A DNA stretch of 64,000 nucleotides, from IMG/VR virus record IMGVR_UViG_2731957752_000002, positions 1 to 64,000 of that record; one strand, given 5' to 3'. The notes below the pieces were generated by a model. The model was not told the origin of the DNA. It worked only from the letters and a program-made list of their open reading frames with translations, and searched no databases. The stretch comes from a virus (lineage: Duplodnaviria > Caudoviricetes). A program made the position numbers and the translations under genes. Below are positions 10,027-20,995 of this stretch, in pieces; position 1 is the stretch's first letter; each line of letters begins with the position of its first letter.

Positions 10027-10184
10027 CTCCTGTGCAGGTCGCTTTGTTGTGGCTGGCGGTGCCCGCGGCGCTTTTCGTGTTGGCGTGCGTGGTTCGGCAT
10101 CTGGACGTGAAGTTCGCGTTGCTGATGGCTGCTGTGGGCGCGCTGGTGGCGTGCTTGATCGACCTGATCGAGGTGGCGGCGTGA
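10023..10184 (+). CDS. Small two-TM membrane protein
   Basis: GTG 10023 overlapping MTase stop; two hydrophobic segments. Confidence 0.55.
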   Translation: MTPVQVALLWLAVPAALFVLACVVRHLDVKFALLMAAVGALVACLIDLIEVAA

Positions 10185-10245
10185 GAAGTGTGTCGGTATC
10201 TGACTATGCGCATCTGTTGATTGAATCTATTGAAGGGAGAGCGAC

Positions 10246-10752
10246 ATGACCGACCTGATAATTGGCGTGGACGCAATCGCGAAGGCATCCGTGAACACCA
10301 TGCGTGAGCTGATCAAGCAGCCGTTGAACGTCGATGCCTGCACCCAGTTCGGGCCCCACAAGCCTGGCGACACCGTCGAGGTCCGCAAGGCCGGCACTGA
10401 GGACGAGACGATCTCGGTGCAGTTGAATACCGTTGCCGACGTAGCGTTCGCGGTGACGTCAGAAGATCTGACGCTGCCGTTCAACGACTTCCGTGACAAG
10501 TTCATCGTGCCCGCAATGGATGTGCTCGCGAAGAACATCGACCGGTCCATGCGCGCCGCAGGTCAAGGCGCGCAGTTCGCATCAGCCCCGCTTCCGCTCC
10601 CGGTCGTGGATGAGCGTTTCTGTGCTGTAGTGACTCTGGACGGCATTTCTCTGCGTGTCGTCGAGGTCTTCGACATTGCCAGGTGCGAGACCGTGATGGC
10701 CTTCGACGTCCTGTACGGCGTCGCAGTCGCAGAACAGGCGGAGGCCGCATGA
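10246..10752 (+). CDS. Internally deleted paralog of the major capsid protein (168 aa)
   Basis: Collinear with 61720..62637: KPGDTVEVRK/KVGETVNIRK, LNTVADVAFAVTSEDLTL/LNTIKDVSFAVTSEDLTL, PAMDVLAKNIDR/PAMEALAQSIDR, ASAPLPLP/ASAPLALP, GISLRVV/GLSLRLV, FDVLYG/LDILFG; GAAGGGAG SD. Confidence 0.9.
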   Translation: MTDLIIGVDAIAKASVNTMRELIKQPLNVDACTQFGPHKPGDTVEVRKAGTEDETISVQLNTVADVAFAVTSEDLTLPFNDFRDKFIVPAMDVLAKNIDRSMRAAGQGAQFASAPLPLPVVDERFCAVVTLDGISLRVVEVFDIARCETVMAFDVLYGVAVAEQAEAA

Positions 10753-10988
10753 TCTCGCTGTGGTGGAGTTTCGCGCTCACAACGATCGGCGTCACGGGCC
10801 TGGTGCTCGTGTACCGGTCTCAGTCGCTCGTCGGCCCGCTCATCGGTCTCGCCGTGCAGTTCCTGTGGATCGCCTACGCGGTCGCGACCCGGCAGTGGTG
10901 GTTCCTGTTGTCCGCGTTCACGTACGGCGCCGCGAACATCTACGGCCTGACCAAGCGCCGCAACGAACGAACCGAGGTAATCGAGTGA
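10749..10988 (+). CDS. Small three-TM membrane protein
   Basis: ATGA overlap; three hydrophobic helices. Confidence 0.65.
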   Translation: MISLWWSFALTTIGVTGLVLVYRSQSLVGPLIGLAVQFLWIAYAVATRQWWFLLSAFTYGAANIYGLTKRRNERTEVIE

Positions 10989-12119
10989 CCCCCGAGGATA
11001 TCCGCGCTTGCTACGAGATAGCGCTCGCCGAGCAGTTGGAGATCATCGCGCCGTCCTGGATCGGTGCGGGCCGCGAGGGGGAGGTAGCCGCCGACGTAGT
11101 CGACGCTCTCGCCGCCGCCGGGCTGCTGCCGACTGGTGCGGAACGGCTTGTCGCCTACGCGGTCATGGACACCAGCGACGACCACGTGATGCGGCGGTAC
11201 GTCACCGAATGGCAGCCGGAGGAGGCCGAGTGAACGGGATCCCGATCAGCTTCGCTGCACCCCGCACGTGCCCGCACAACTGGGAAGTCGTCTCGATGGT
11301 GTTCGAAACGCAAATGCTCGACGCCCGCGGGCGAGTCATCGTGCGGCAACCCGACGTTCAGGAAGCTCGCGTGTACTTCATCTGCCGCGGCTGCGCCTCA
11401 CACACCTACATGACCACCCAATGGATTGGCTGCCGCATGTACGGCAGCGAAGACGCCAAAGCCGCGTTGGCGAAACGGATGCGGTTCTGGGCGGACCGCA
11501 TCGACCCAGCCGGGGCACCCCGCTACATGGGGTACTCGTACACAATCGAACCCGGCAAGGGGGTCGTGTTCCACAAGAACGGCCGCGGCTGCAAGCTCTG
11601 GTACCTCGGGAACGTCGACCACGAGCGCGCCTACAGCGAATCGCGGGCGTCGACAGCGGATCTCGCCGACCTGACCGACCAAGAGTTGCTTGCTTCCGCG
11701 ATGCTCACACCCGATCCCGACCGTGCACGTGCATGCAAACAGGAGTGGGATCGCCGACTGCGGGCCAAGTGGCGGGGGGCTGAAGCGTGACCATAGAAGG
11801 GTGCAGTCGCTGCTGGTGTGGGCGCCCAAGCCACCCCGATCTGATCGACGGATGCGTAGGCGACCCGCTTCTACGCGCGCTGTTCGGGCCTCCCAGCGTT
11901 GAGGCGATGATCTCCACGGCCATCACCATGTACGGAGACCTGCTGGCGTTGGCCGTGGACGGCAACGAGGAGGCTGCGGCCCTTATTGCGGCGAACCCGA
12001 TCCCGGAACCGTCGATCGAGACCGATATGTCGATTCTGAAGCTCGCGGGCATGGACGTTTCTGCGGAAGATGTTCGGTCGCTTCGAGCGTGGTACGGCGG
12101 TGAAGAGCGGGCGGCGTGA
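10985..12119 (+). CDS. Three coupled hypothetical genes (10985-11233, 11230-11790, 11787-12119)
   Basis: Successive GTGA overlaps; Cys pairs in second and third. Confidence 0.55.
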
Positions 12120-12229
12120 CGGACTGCCGGCCTGCGCCACCCGACCATGCTCGCCGAAGACGAGTCCGGCAGCCGGGCACGCGGGGAGGTGCATGACCAC
12201 CGCCCGCGTGCGGCACCGACAGGGCAGGG

Positions 12230-12754
12230 CTACTCGTCGTAGCCGTTCGCGGCTGCCTGAGCATTCGCGCAGTCGATCAGGAAAGCGAGCGACACCGACG
12301 ACTGAAGCGGCGACGGCACCCAACCCGTTGCTGTCACAATGAAATCGCTCTTGGATTTCGTTTCCCCAGGCGCCCATGTGCCAACTGCAACCGGGATGCG
12401 CGCCCAGTTGACCGGCTCTCCGGTTTCGGTATTGACCGGACGCCGGTAGTACGACGTGAAATCCTCGTATTCACCGTATTCGGCCTTATGGGCATTCCTG
12501 TACTGCTCGCAGAACGGTGCGCGCTCGCCGAGGAGCACCCAGAAGATCGGGATGGTGTCGCCGTGCCGGGTTTCCACCTTCTTCGCCCAGATTTGGAACA
12601 TCTCGTACGCGCTGATCTCGCGCGTGGTGTAGTCGTCGGACACGGAAGCGTAGTCCGCTTCCCATTCGAGCACCAGGGGAACTTTCGTCTGGACTTCCCC
12701 CGAGATCTTCGGGGTGACTGTCCACTGGTTCTCTTGCTCGGTGTAGGTGGCCAT
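12230..12754 (-). CDS. Hypothetical protein, counter-oriented moron
   Basis: AAAGGAA SD; opposite strand to surrounding operon. Confidence 0.75.
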   Translation of the reverse strand: MATYTEQENQWTVTPKISGEVQTKVPLVLEWEADYASVSDDYTTREISAYEMFQIWAKKVETRHGDTIPIFWVLLGERAPFCEQYRNAHKAEYGEYEDFTSYYRRPVNTETGEPVNWARIPVAVGTWAPGETKSKSDFIVTATGWVPSPLQSSVSLAFLIDCANAQAAANGYDE

Positions 12755-12882
12755 CGGTTCCTTTCTTGCCCGCGGCTTGTGCCGCTCGTCAAGTCTAGCG
12801 GGCCATTAAGGGTCGCTTCATCTTTCGCGGGTCACCGGTTGCGCTCGAATTTCGAGTTTGACTCGGGCGAGACAATAGAAGC

Positions 12883-13486
12883 GTGAGCGAAGAAGAAGGC
12901 GGTTACGAGCTTTTCATGCCGTTCGTCACGGTGAAAAGCAACGGCGGACCCCACGACGACACCGCCTATGTTGCCGGTTGGGAAATGGGTGCACTCGACG
13001 CACAACTCAGGACAGCAGCATCGGTGCGCGCGGAAAACCTCACCGTCCAGGTCCACACCGCGAACATCCCGCAAGTCGACCTGCTGGCAATGAAACACGG
13101 ATTCACGGTCGAACACTTTGCTTACGAAGACTGCCCTAACTGGTCGGAAGTCGCATTCACCAGGAGCGCGAAGGACGCCGATGACTGACGACGAAATCGA
13201 TGACCGGGTCGACGCCTGGCACAACGGCGCCGGCGGGGGCATGCCGCTACATGAATACCTCGGCATGACCTGGAGTGAGTACGCGGAATGGGTTGAAGCG
13301 CCAGGGCGAGCAGGTGAGCCGGACACAGCGCAGGCAGTCCAGGAAGAGTTGGCGCGCGCGATGGCTCAGCCGATCGACGTCGACGCGATCCTCGGTTCTC
13401 TCGGACCCGAATACAACGACCCAGGTGACGATCCATGGGGCGGCGCCAACCTGTTCGACCTGACGGAGGTGAACGGCGGTGAGTGA
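12883..13486 (+). CDS. Two hypothetical genes (12883-13188, 13181-13486)
   Basis: Overlapping ORFs with SD-like motifs. Confidence 0.6.
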
Positions 13487-14669
13487 CCGTGACATTGTCG
13501 ACGCGATCGACGAACTCGTAGACGCGCAACTCGCCAACTACGACCGGCGCAGCGGCTACGACTACAACGTCAACCAAGACAAATGCCCGCACGAATGGTG
13601 CCGTGAGCCGTGGCATGGGCTCGCCATCACCCGACGCATGCGGGAAATGCGGTCGATCGGGTACGTCGACCCCGAATACCGGTACGCCGACGACGACTCA
13701 CAGGTCTTGTGCCCCGGCTCGACGTTCGAAGGCGAATTCGAGCCGCCAGCACAGGCGCCCAACGGCTTGGCGGCCTTCCGGCAGCAGCTAGAGGAAATCA
13801 ACGAGAGGTTCGCGGGGCTGGTTGGCATTCCGCCGCAGGCTTGGCGCAGCGGCGGCAGGATCTCCGGCAGTCGGGGCGGTGGGGGGCCTGCATCGTCCCC
13901 GATCATCGACATGGAGACCGTCAACCGACTCCGGAGCATGCGTGTCACCGCCACCTCTCCGATAGGTGTTCGCTACTACGACGGACTGTTCGACTACTTC
14001 GAAGTCGAAGTCGCGCGACACTTTCCCGGCGTGCAGGTCGACCGTGCCGACATGCGGCACGAGGAGCGGCCCCCACTGTCGTCGACCGCCCCGGCGATTA
14101 TCGACATGATGTGGCGGCCCCAGTCGAACGAGATCGAGTTCATCGGCGGGCCACGGCACGGCGAAACCATGCCCGTGCCCGGACTCGATGTGGAGCTGTG
14201 CCCCGAGATCCGCGTACCACTGCCGGTCACGGTGATGCGAATTCGGGATTTCGATCCCGCCGCGCCGATCCAAGACAACATCATCCGCTACAAGCGTTTC
14301 GGCTGGAACCCGGAAACCAGACGCTGGGTGTACAGCACCGACAGTGATTGGCGCCCGGAATGCCGGTACTGCCGACGCCAGCCCGTGCGCAACCTGGCCG
14401 ACAAGTACTGCCAGGGTTGCATACGGGACCTGATCATCGCCGAATCCATCTGGGAAGGCGAGCGGTACGCGCGCACGCACGGCATCCGCCAGCCTGTTGT
14501 CGCTATCGAAGAAAGCTACCTCCGCGGCATGGACCTGGAGAGGTTCCGGGTGCATGTCGTCAGCTGGCCGTGCGACAGCACCCAGTTGCTTCTCCGCCGG
14601 ATGGCCGCACTTGCCGGCCGCACACTCGAATCGTTCTACGTCAACACCTCTGGAGAACAAGCAGCATGA
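13479..14669 (+). CDS. Hypothetical multidomain protein (396 aa) with Cys/His clusters
   Basis: CPHEWCREPWHG and CRYC...YCQGC motifs. Confidence 0.7.
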   Translation: MSDRDIVDAIDELVDAQLANYDRRSGYDYNVNQDKCPHEWCREPWHGLAITRRMREMRSIGYVDPEYRYADDDSQVLCPGSTFEGEFEPPAQAPNGLAAFRQQLEEINERFAGLVGIPPQAWRSGGRISGSRGGGGPASSPIIDMETVNRLRSMRVTATSPIGVRYYDGLFDYFEVEVARHFPGVQVDRADMRHEERPPLSSTAPAIIDMMWRPQSNEIEFIGGPRHGETMPVPGLDVELCPEIRVPLPVTVMRIRDFDPAAPIQDNIIRYKRFGWNPETRRWVYSTDSDWRPECRYCRRQPVRNLADKYCQGCIRDLIIAESIWEGERYARTHGIRQPVVAIEESYLRGMDLERFRVHVVSWPCDSTQLLLRRMAALAGRTLESFYVNTSGEQAA

Positions 14670-17426
14670 CTGATTCGATGAACGAACACCTGCACGACAC
14701 CCTCACCATCTATGGCGAGACGATTTCCGCTCAGATTCGCGACTACACGCCGGAAACCAAACTGGTCCTGCATGTCCGCGATGACGCGCCCCGCTCGACC
14801 GAAAACGGGCACCCGTATGAGCTTCCGATCGGTGACGCGGTGCTGTTGCGTGACGTTTTGAACGCTGCCACGGAACGTGGGGAGCTTCCCGCATGAGCAT
14901 CCGCGTGGAAGCCTACGAAACCCGAGTCAGCGAGAAATGGTTCAGCGCATCCGGTGCGGCGATGAAGCTCGGTGATCTGCGGGCCGTTGTCGCCGCATGC
15001 GAAGGGATGCCAGACGAAGCCAAGGTAGAAGCTGGCGGCCTGGACGCGACGCCAGACCGTGAACGCGTCTGGTTTAAGACGCTGCGCATCCGATCGGAGC
15101 AAGCAGCATGATCACCGCGTCAACGCAGAACCGGGGCGCGCACCCCAAGCCAATGAGCAACATCGAAACGATCCGTTGGCGGGAAGCGCAAGCCGCATAC
15201 GAGATGCAGAACGTGCGCTACACTGCGGCCATCCCATGGGGCCTGCTCCCCGAACGCAGCCGCGCAGCCTGGCTCGCATCTCTCGACTGCCGCACCACCA
15301 TGTTCCTCACCGTCGGCGGCCTCGGCGAAACCCATGTCTACGACTTCATCCAGAAAGTCGGCGCCCACGCTGAAAGCTTCAGCTGGGAACCAACACCGTA
15401 CGCCGCGCCGATCGGATGCGTCTACATCGCTGATGTCGCGAACTTCACCGGCGACATCCGCGCACTGCTCGACGAACAACGCTGGACCGCGCCAGAACTG
15501 GTGAGTTTGACCATGTTCCGGGAGAACCACGGGCATTGGACGGTGCACACTTATCGGCCGAAGTTCTGGACGCAGTACGACATCGGGCAAATGCGTGAGA
15601 TCGTCACACAGCCGCAGGACCTGCCGCAGACTGCTGCGGTCGAACGCACTGTGTCGGCGGAGGAGATCGAGAAGTTCTACGCGGGCAAACACTCGCGGTG
15701 GGACAACCCATTCGACCGGCTGAGCGACGTGAGCCCGGAACTGTGTGCCGCATACGCCGAGATCGACCGGTTGAACAGCGAACTGGAATATGCGCTGGCT
15801 ACCGCGGATCGGGAAACCGCGTGAAGATGTCGGACGTGGTCCTGGAGTCGTGGCGGACAGGGCGATCCATCCGCGAAACCCTCGGGAAGCCACTGCCATC
15901 CGCTGACGCCGTCACAGGACCGACACCCGCGGGCGCCGACGTCCTCCGCCCGCACCTGGCCGCGTTCATCGACCTCGACGCGTACCTCACCGACCAAGGA
16001 TTCTGAATGACCAGCCTTCAAAAATGCGCGGCCGACATCACTCTCCGTTTCCGCTCGTGGCGCTATCGGACTGTGTCCGACACCTGCCAGTGGGTCGCGC
16101 ACCGCCTTCCCGCGCGGTTGCGGTACTTCGCGGCGATCGACGTCGGGGCATACGCAACGACCGGCCAGTACGACGACACCCTCGTGAACGAGCTGACCTT
16201 GATGGAAGCGGTCGACCGATTCGCGCGCGGTAAGGGCGTGAACTGATGCCGAGTAAGAAGAAGCTGCGGAAGCAAATCCGCTGGTATGAGAAGGCGTTCG
16301 ACCGGTACGAGAGCATCATGCCGCGCTTGGAGTTCGAATGCGAGAAGGCATGCGGAGAAAATGACCGGCTTCGCAGCGATCTCGCGCAACTCCAAGCCGC
16401 CGCAGGACATCTCGTCGACGCGCTCGATGCACACCCTGGGTTGAGGGCCGACGTACACGAACACCGCACCGTCGTGCGTGCACTCCTCCGCATGGGCCAG
16501 GCGCCGAAACTCGCTGAGGCTGTCGAGAAGCCGCGCGCGTTCAGCTGGCCGCAGGTCAAGGCCATGAAGTTCGGCGAGCCCGGCACCGTCCTCCACAACA
16601 CCGGCCGAACAGGCGGCGGCGCCACCACGTTCGGCACGTTCCTCGAAGGCCCCGCAGGCAAGGATGATGCGGCGTGACTTACATCCCGAAGTGGCGGACG
16701 ACGCCCTGCTCCCGGTGTGGCACGAAGCATCCCGTGTACTGCGATATGTGCTTCATCGGACCGGCATGCCATGACCACGTTTGCAGTTGGCCGGACGACG
16801 AGGACGGGCGATGAGCTACACCGACAACAACGGGCCGCGGCTGTCGGACCTGATCGAGGCGTTGCAGAAGCTCCAGTCGATTCACGGGGATGTGTTGGTT
16901 ACGGTCACAGACCCGTACGACGGGAAGCGATACCCAGCGGCCCTGGAGGTCGAGGTCGACGAGTTCGACCGCTTCGAGTCCATCCATGTACACCCTGGAG
17001 TCTGGCCGGGAGGATCAACACCATGAGCAGCCTGGAGTGCATCGGACAATTCGGCGAGTACGAGGTGTGGGAGTCGAGCGATCCGGTGCCGGAGTGGCAC
17101 ATCACGGACGAGGCCGGAAACTTCATCTTTCCAGGAGACGATGACCTGCTCGCCGCGCTGACCCTCATTGCCGATCGAAGGAAATCCGCTGCGGGAGGAC
17201 CAACACCATGAGCGGCTACCGACTCACGTGGCGTAGCCAACCCGAACCCGGCATGTTCGACAGCATCGACGCCGCGAAGCAGTATGCGGAAGCCAACAGT
17301 CACAAGAACTCCAGCGACGACGCCGACCACATCACCTGGTACCAGGAACCACCTGGCGCGCGCGGCCTCTGGTGGGGCAGCGACGGATGCAACAACTGGT
17401 ACATCTACCCAAGCGGGGAGCAATGA
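14666..17426 (+). CDS. Run of short coupled hypothetical genes (14666-14896, 14893-15111, 15108-15824, 15821-16006, 16007-16246, 16246-16677, 16811-17026, 17023-17211, 17208-17426)
   Basis: Consecutive ATGA/GTGA/TGATG overlaps. Confidence 0.6.
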
Positions 17427-17809
17427 CGCGGATCGAAGAGTTCATCGAAGCACGCTTAGCTGAAGACGAGGAATGGGCGCACGAGGTTGCTGCCGCGGAG
17501 CAGAGCGCGTCAGAAAGCCTTGTGTTGTTCGTCCGCCGGTGGCTGCCAGCCAGTTTCGGGAAGAAGCACCCCGACCCGTGGCCGCTGCCCGGTGACCCTG
17601 CACGCGTGCTACGTGAGGTAGCATCAATGCGGGCGATTGTCGGTAGGAAGGCTGGCGAACACCGCGAGCAGAACGGCGCCTGTGAGACCTGCCGCGACTT
17701 CGACTACCGCCGCGACTACGACCCGGTGCCCTGGCCATGCCCGACCTCGCGGTCTGTGGCGTCGATATGGGCGAACCACCCCGACTACCAGCCGGAATGG
17801 GCGACGTGA
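17423..17809 (+). CDS. DUF6221-like actinophage protein
   Basis: FIEARLAEDE...DPARVLREV...PCPT...WANHPDYQPEW pattern, recognised from memory. Confidence 0.7.
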   Translation: MTRIEEFIEARLAEDEEWAHEVAAAEQSASESLVLFVRRWLPASFGKKHPDPWPLPGDPARVLREVASMRAIVGRKAGEHREQNGACETCRDFDYRRDYDPVPWPCPTSRSVASIWANHPDYQPEWAT

Positions 17810-18204
17810 GCATCGAACAGCCCGTGTGCGCCGACTGTGAAGCACTCATAACCGGGTACGGCTCTCCAGACCGATCCTGCGACACCCACTGGACAGAAGA
17901 CCACCCAGACGGGATCCGGATGCGGCTCCAACTCCTCGAAGTGGACCCGGATGTCCTGAAGAAGGTGGCATGATCTGCGAGCATGACGAGTCCCGAGATG
18001 CGAGCAGCGGTAGAACAGAAGGCTGCCGAGCTGGGCCCGATGCCGAAACGGATCGAAGACCGCCTGGTACACATGTTCGTGACGGCGATCCGAGCCAGCC
18101 GCGAACAGCGAACGACCACCGCACCATAAAGTGTCGGTGGCTGTCCCTATCCTGCCTGTGTCAAGCAACACCCAGCAAACCGGCCACGAGATGTGAGGGC
18201 AGCA

Positions 18205-18498
18205 ATGGATTCCAGCACGACCCCGAACCATCCGATCGACATCGAACTTGCACTGGGCATCTACCTCAACGGCTTTCAATCAGGCATCGCGTCCACCGCC
18301 AGCGCCCTCGGTAAGGCCGGGGCCGATATCAGCAATGAACTCGCCAGCCAACTCGCCACCAGAATCCTCGCCAGCGTCAAAGCCGACCCGGCCGCGCTGG
18401 AAACGATGCGAGACCAGATCCGAGCAAACCTCGCTGGCGCCGACACCGGACCACAGGTGCTCAAACTGTACAAGTGGGATAACCGTCCCGGCCAGTAG
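18205..18498 (+). CDS. Hypothetical protein
   Basis: Last rightward ORF before the convergent cassette. Confidence 0.5.
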   Translation: MDSSTTPNHPIDIELALGIYLNGFQSGIASTASALGKAGADISNELASQLATRILASVKADPAALETMRDQIRANLAGADTGPQVLKLYKWDNRPGQ

Positions 18499-18559
18499 CC
18501 GATCACCTTGCCCGCGGGTTCGTCCATCCGCCAGTACGGGATCTCGCGGGCAGTGCGTG

Positions 18560-18892
18560 TCATCGCGGCCGATCCGGCGCGGCGATTGCCTGCCGAACGT
18601 TCTGCGGCGTCACACCCCACATGCGTGCGACCGCGGAGTAGTTGCCCGTCTCCTCGTGCAATGCGCTCCAGGTTGCGCGTCGGCATGCGGCAACGACACT
18701 GCGGATCGCCAGCGCGCGTTCATCGAGTTCGGCAAGCAGGTCCCGATCATCGGTCGGCGCCAAATCGGCCGGGTCGATAGTGGCGCAGCGGTCGGCGACG
18801 TCGGCCAACCAGCGGGCGTGTAGAGCGAGAGATTCCCACGGATTGAGCTGTGAGTCCTGCGCTGTGTCGAAAGTGGCGAGCGGGTCATGCAT
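18560..18892 (-). CDS. Small protein with C-terminal HTH
   Basis: GNYSAVARMWGVTPQNVRQAI; GAGGGAA SD. Confidence 0.7.
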   Translation of the reverse strand: MHDPLATFDTAQDSQLNPWESLALHARWLADVADRCATIDPADLAPTDDRDLLAELDERALAIRSVVAACRRATWSALHEETGNYSAVARMWGVTPQNVRQAIAAPDRPR

Positions 18893-18969
18893 TGGTTTCC
18901 CTCTCAGGGATAATGAAGGCGAGACCGGGGCGGTAAGCACGCCCCGGTCTCATCTCGAAGCGGCGGCAG

Positions 18970-19428
18970 TCAGGCGGTCGCGGCGTCGTTGAGTGCGGCG
19001 AGCTGCTGGGCGGGCACGCCGACCTCCAGGTACGGGCGGCCGTACAGCTCGGCGTTCCACAAGTCTTCAGGCACGACCAGGGCGTAGATGTCGGTGTCGG
19101 CGTTGTTCCAAGCGCCGTGCTGGTCGAGGAACGCGCGCACCTGATCGGTGTCGAGCGCGGGCGCGTCACCAACGGCCAAGCCGTACTCGACACCGGGCGC
19201 TTCGGTGGTGGTGTCGAGGATGACGATGTTGACGGTGGCGAGCTGGTGGCGCTCGACGATGGCCCAGAACTCGGCGGGCTCGATGGCGTCCACGTCGTAT
19301 CCGCCGGTCGCCGTGTGGATTTCGGTGACGATGGCGTCGATGTCGTACTGGTCGCGGGACGCTGTGTCGGTGCCGTTGGCTTCGATGGCGGTGATGACGG
19401 CGTTGCGGGCGTCGAGGTTGGTGTGCAT
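18970..19428 (-). CDS. Acidic hypothetical protein
   Basis: AAGGAGGA SD; D/E-rich, no Lys. Confidence 0.8.
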   Translation of the reverse strand: MHTNLDARNAVITAIEANGTDTASRDQYDIDAIVTEIHTATGGYDVDAIEPAEFWAIVERHQLATVNIVILDTTTEAPGVEYGLAVGDAPALDTDQVRAFLDQHGAWNNADTDIYALVVPEDLWNAELYGRPYLEVGVPAQQLAALNDAATA

Positions 19429-19458
19429 TGGGTCCTCCTTGGTGGGTGTGAACCTAGC

Positions 19459-19476
19459 TTAAACCCTAGGGTTTAA
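19459..19476. promoter_or_regulatory. Perfect 18-bp AT-rich palindrome, candidate operator
   Basis: TTAAACCCTAGGGTTTAA about 30 nt upstream of 19428 start. Confidence 0.6.
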
Positions 19477-19586
19477 ATCGGCAAGAGTTTTGCCCAAACC
19501 CGCGGTGTCGAAACATGTCGGTGCGATCCGATAGCCTCCGGGCAAGCCTGCGCACCCAACGATGTGAGAGCAGAGGAGGCCCCACA

Positions 19587-19859
19587 ATGGCCGAAATCTC
19601 GACCCTGGAACAACTCAACGAGTTCACTCGATCCGGAGCGCTGAGGGCGACGATAACCGGCGACCTCGCCGCGCAAATCAACCGGACTGCCGGGCTCAGC
19701 CCTGCCGCGCCAATCACCATCACTCTCGACCGGAAAGAGCACCGGGATTGGAACCATGCCAGCCTTGGCGTAACCGAAGTTCACTGGGTGACTCTCGGTG
19801 GCGCCAGGATCGACCTGGGGCAGATTCTGTCCAGGCTGGGTGTAGCCGGGTTGGAGTGA
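19587..19859 (+). CDS. Hypothetical protein
   Basis: GAGGAGG SD before ATG 19587. Confidence 0.6.
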   Translation: MAEISTLEQLNEFTRSGALRATITGDLAAQINRTAGLSPAAPITITLDRKEHRDWNHASLGVTEVHWVTLGGARIDLGQILSRLGVAGLE

Positions 19860-19970
19860 CATCGGGCGCATGATCGTCGCTGACGTTTGTTCGCTACCCT
19901 CATCGAGTCAATGAGCGATCAGCGACGATTACCCTGACTATGCCCCGAACCAGTTGGGTTCGGGGCATAG

Positions 19971-20534
19971 TCACGCCGCCGACCCTTCCGTATCGGCCGG
20001 ACGCACAGCCCAGGCCGCCAGCGCCTCGAAATCCGCGTCCAGCAGACCCTTCGCCGGATCCACCCAATGCAGCAACGCCCGACCAGGATGCTCACGCTCC
20101 ACGTACCGCCGGTCACGGACAGTCATTTCGTCGTCCACCCACACGAACGGGCGCCCGGCCGCATGCTCGACGAGTTCCGCGGTCTTGAAGAACGTCAAAT
20201 CAGGCCCGAACCGCTTCGACGTCTGCCACTCCACAACCGGCAACTCCGGCAGGCCGATCCGCGGGCCAATCCACTCGTTCGCGTCATGCTCCCACGTCGT
20301 CGCCCACACCAGCTCGAACCGGTCAGCCAACGCCAACAGCTTCGGGCCATGAGCAGGATTGAGCCACACCCGCAGCTCTTTCACCTTCCGATGCGGCTTC
20401 ATCTCCGTGCAGCGGGCAACCCAAGACGCTGGCAACAAGCGGTGCGTCTCATAGCCTTCCGGCCGCCGATGCGGTTTCGCCGCGAACGGGTTGAGCGGGC
20501 CGTCGACATCCAGGTACAGGAGCGGGCGGTCCAT
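19971..20534 (-). CDS. HAD-superfamily phosphatase, Swiss-Army-knife RNA-repair type (HAD_SAK_2-like)
   Basis: LYLDVDGPLN (DxD), LVWATTW, PFVWVDDE. Confidence 0.85.
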   Translation of the reverse strand: MDRPLLYLDVDGPLNPFAAKPHRRPEGYETHRLLPASWVARCTEMKPHRKVKELRVWLNPAHGPKLLALADRFELVWATTWEHDANEWIGPRIGLPELPVVEWQTSKRFGPDLTFFKTAELVEHAAGRPFVWVDDEMTVRDRRYVEREHPGRALLHWVDPAKGLLDADFEALAAWAVRPADTEGSAA

Positions 20535-20995
20535 TACGCGGTCCTTCTCTTCAGCATCCGTTCTTTCCGCTGCTCATCGGTCGGTTCCGCCCAGGTATGC
20601 CACTTCACCTCCGGCGCCCACCGCTGAAGATGCGACTCACGGTCAACATCACACCAACGGCAGGCATTTGGACTTGGCAACGATGCGGATTTACTCATCG
20701 TTGTCTCCGTCGAATTCGTGGAGCGGCGCGTATCGGGCTACTTCTTCCGGGCTCGCCCAGCCGCCGTCCTTCCGCTTCCAGTTCAGCCCGTCGTCGGTGT
20801 GGCCGTAGCGTTTGGTCCAGATGTCTCCGTCCCGGTCTGACAGGAGTGCGGCGGCCGGCGCGTACCGCAACGCAAGCACCCATTCAGCATGCGTGACAGG
20901 CGATACCGTGATGGTGAGACTCAGCGGGCGGCTAGGCATGGTCCTATTCCGGGTCAGGGTTGATGGTGCGGCGCACTTTGACGGCATGCCAGGGC

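Noticed and set aside
6400-10200. Abrupt switch from C/A-rich to G/T-rich strand composition near 8550 as an origin or inversion signal
   Set aside because: Similar switches recur across the window and fit ordinary mosaic gene acquisition
10246-10752. Mini-capsid and capsid as a diversity-generating retroelement TR/VR pair
   Set aside because: No reverse transcriptase in the window; similarity is at protein level with synonymous, not adenine-specific, differences
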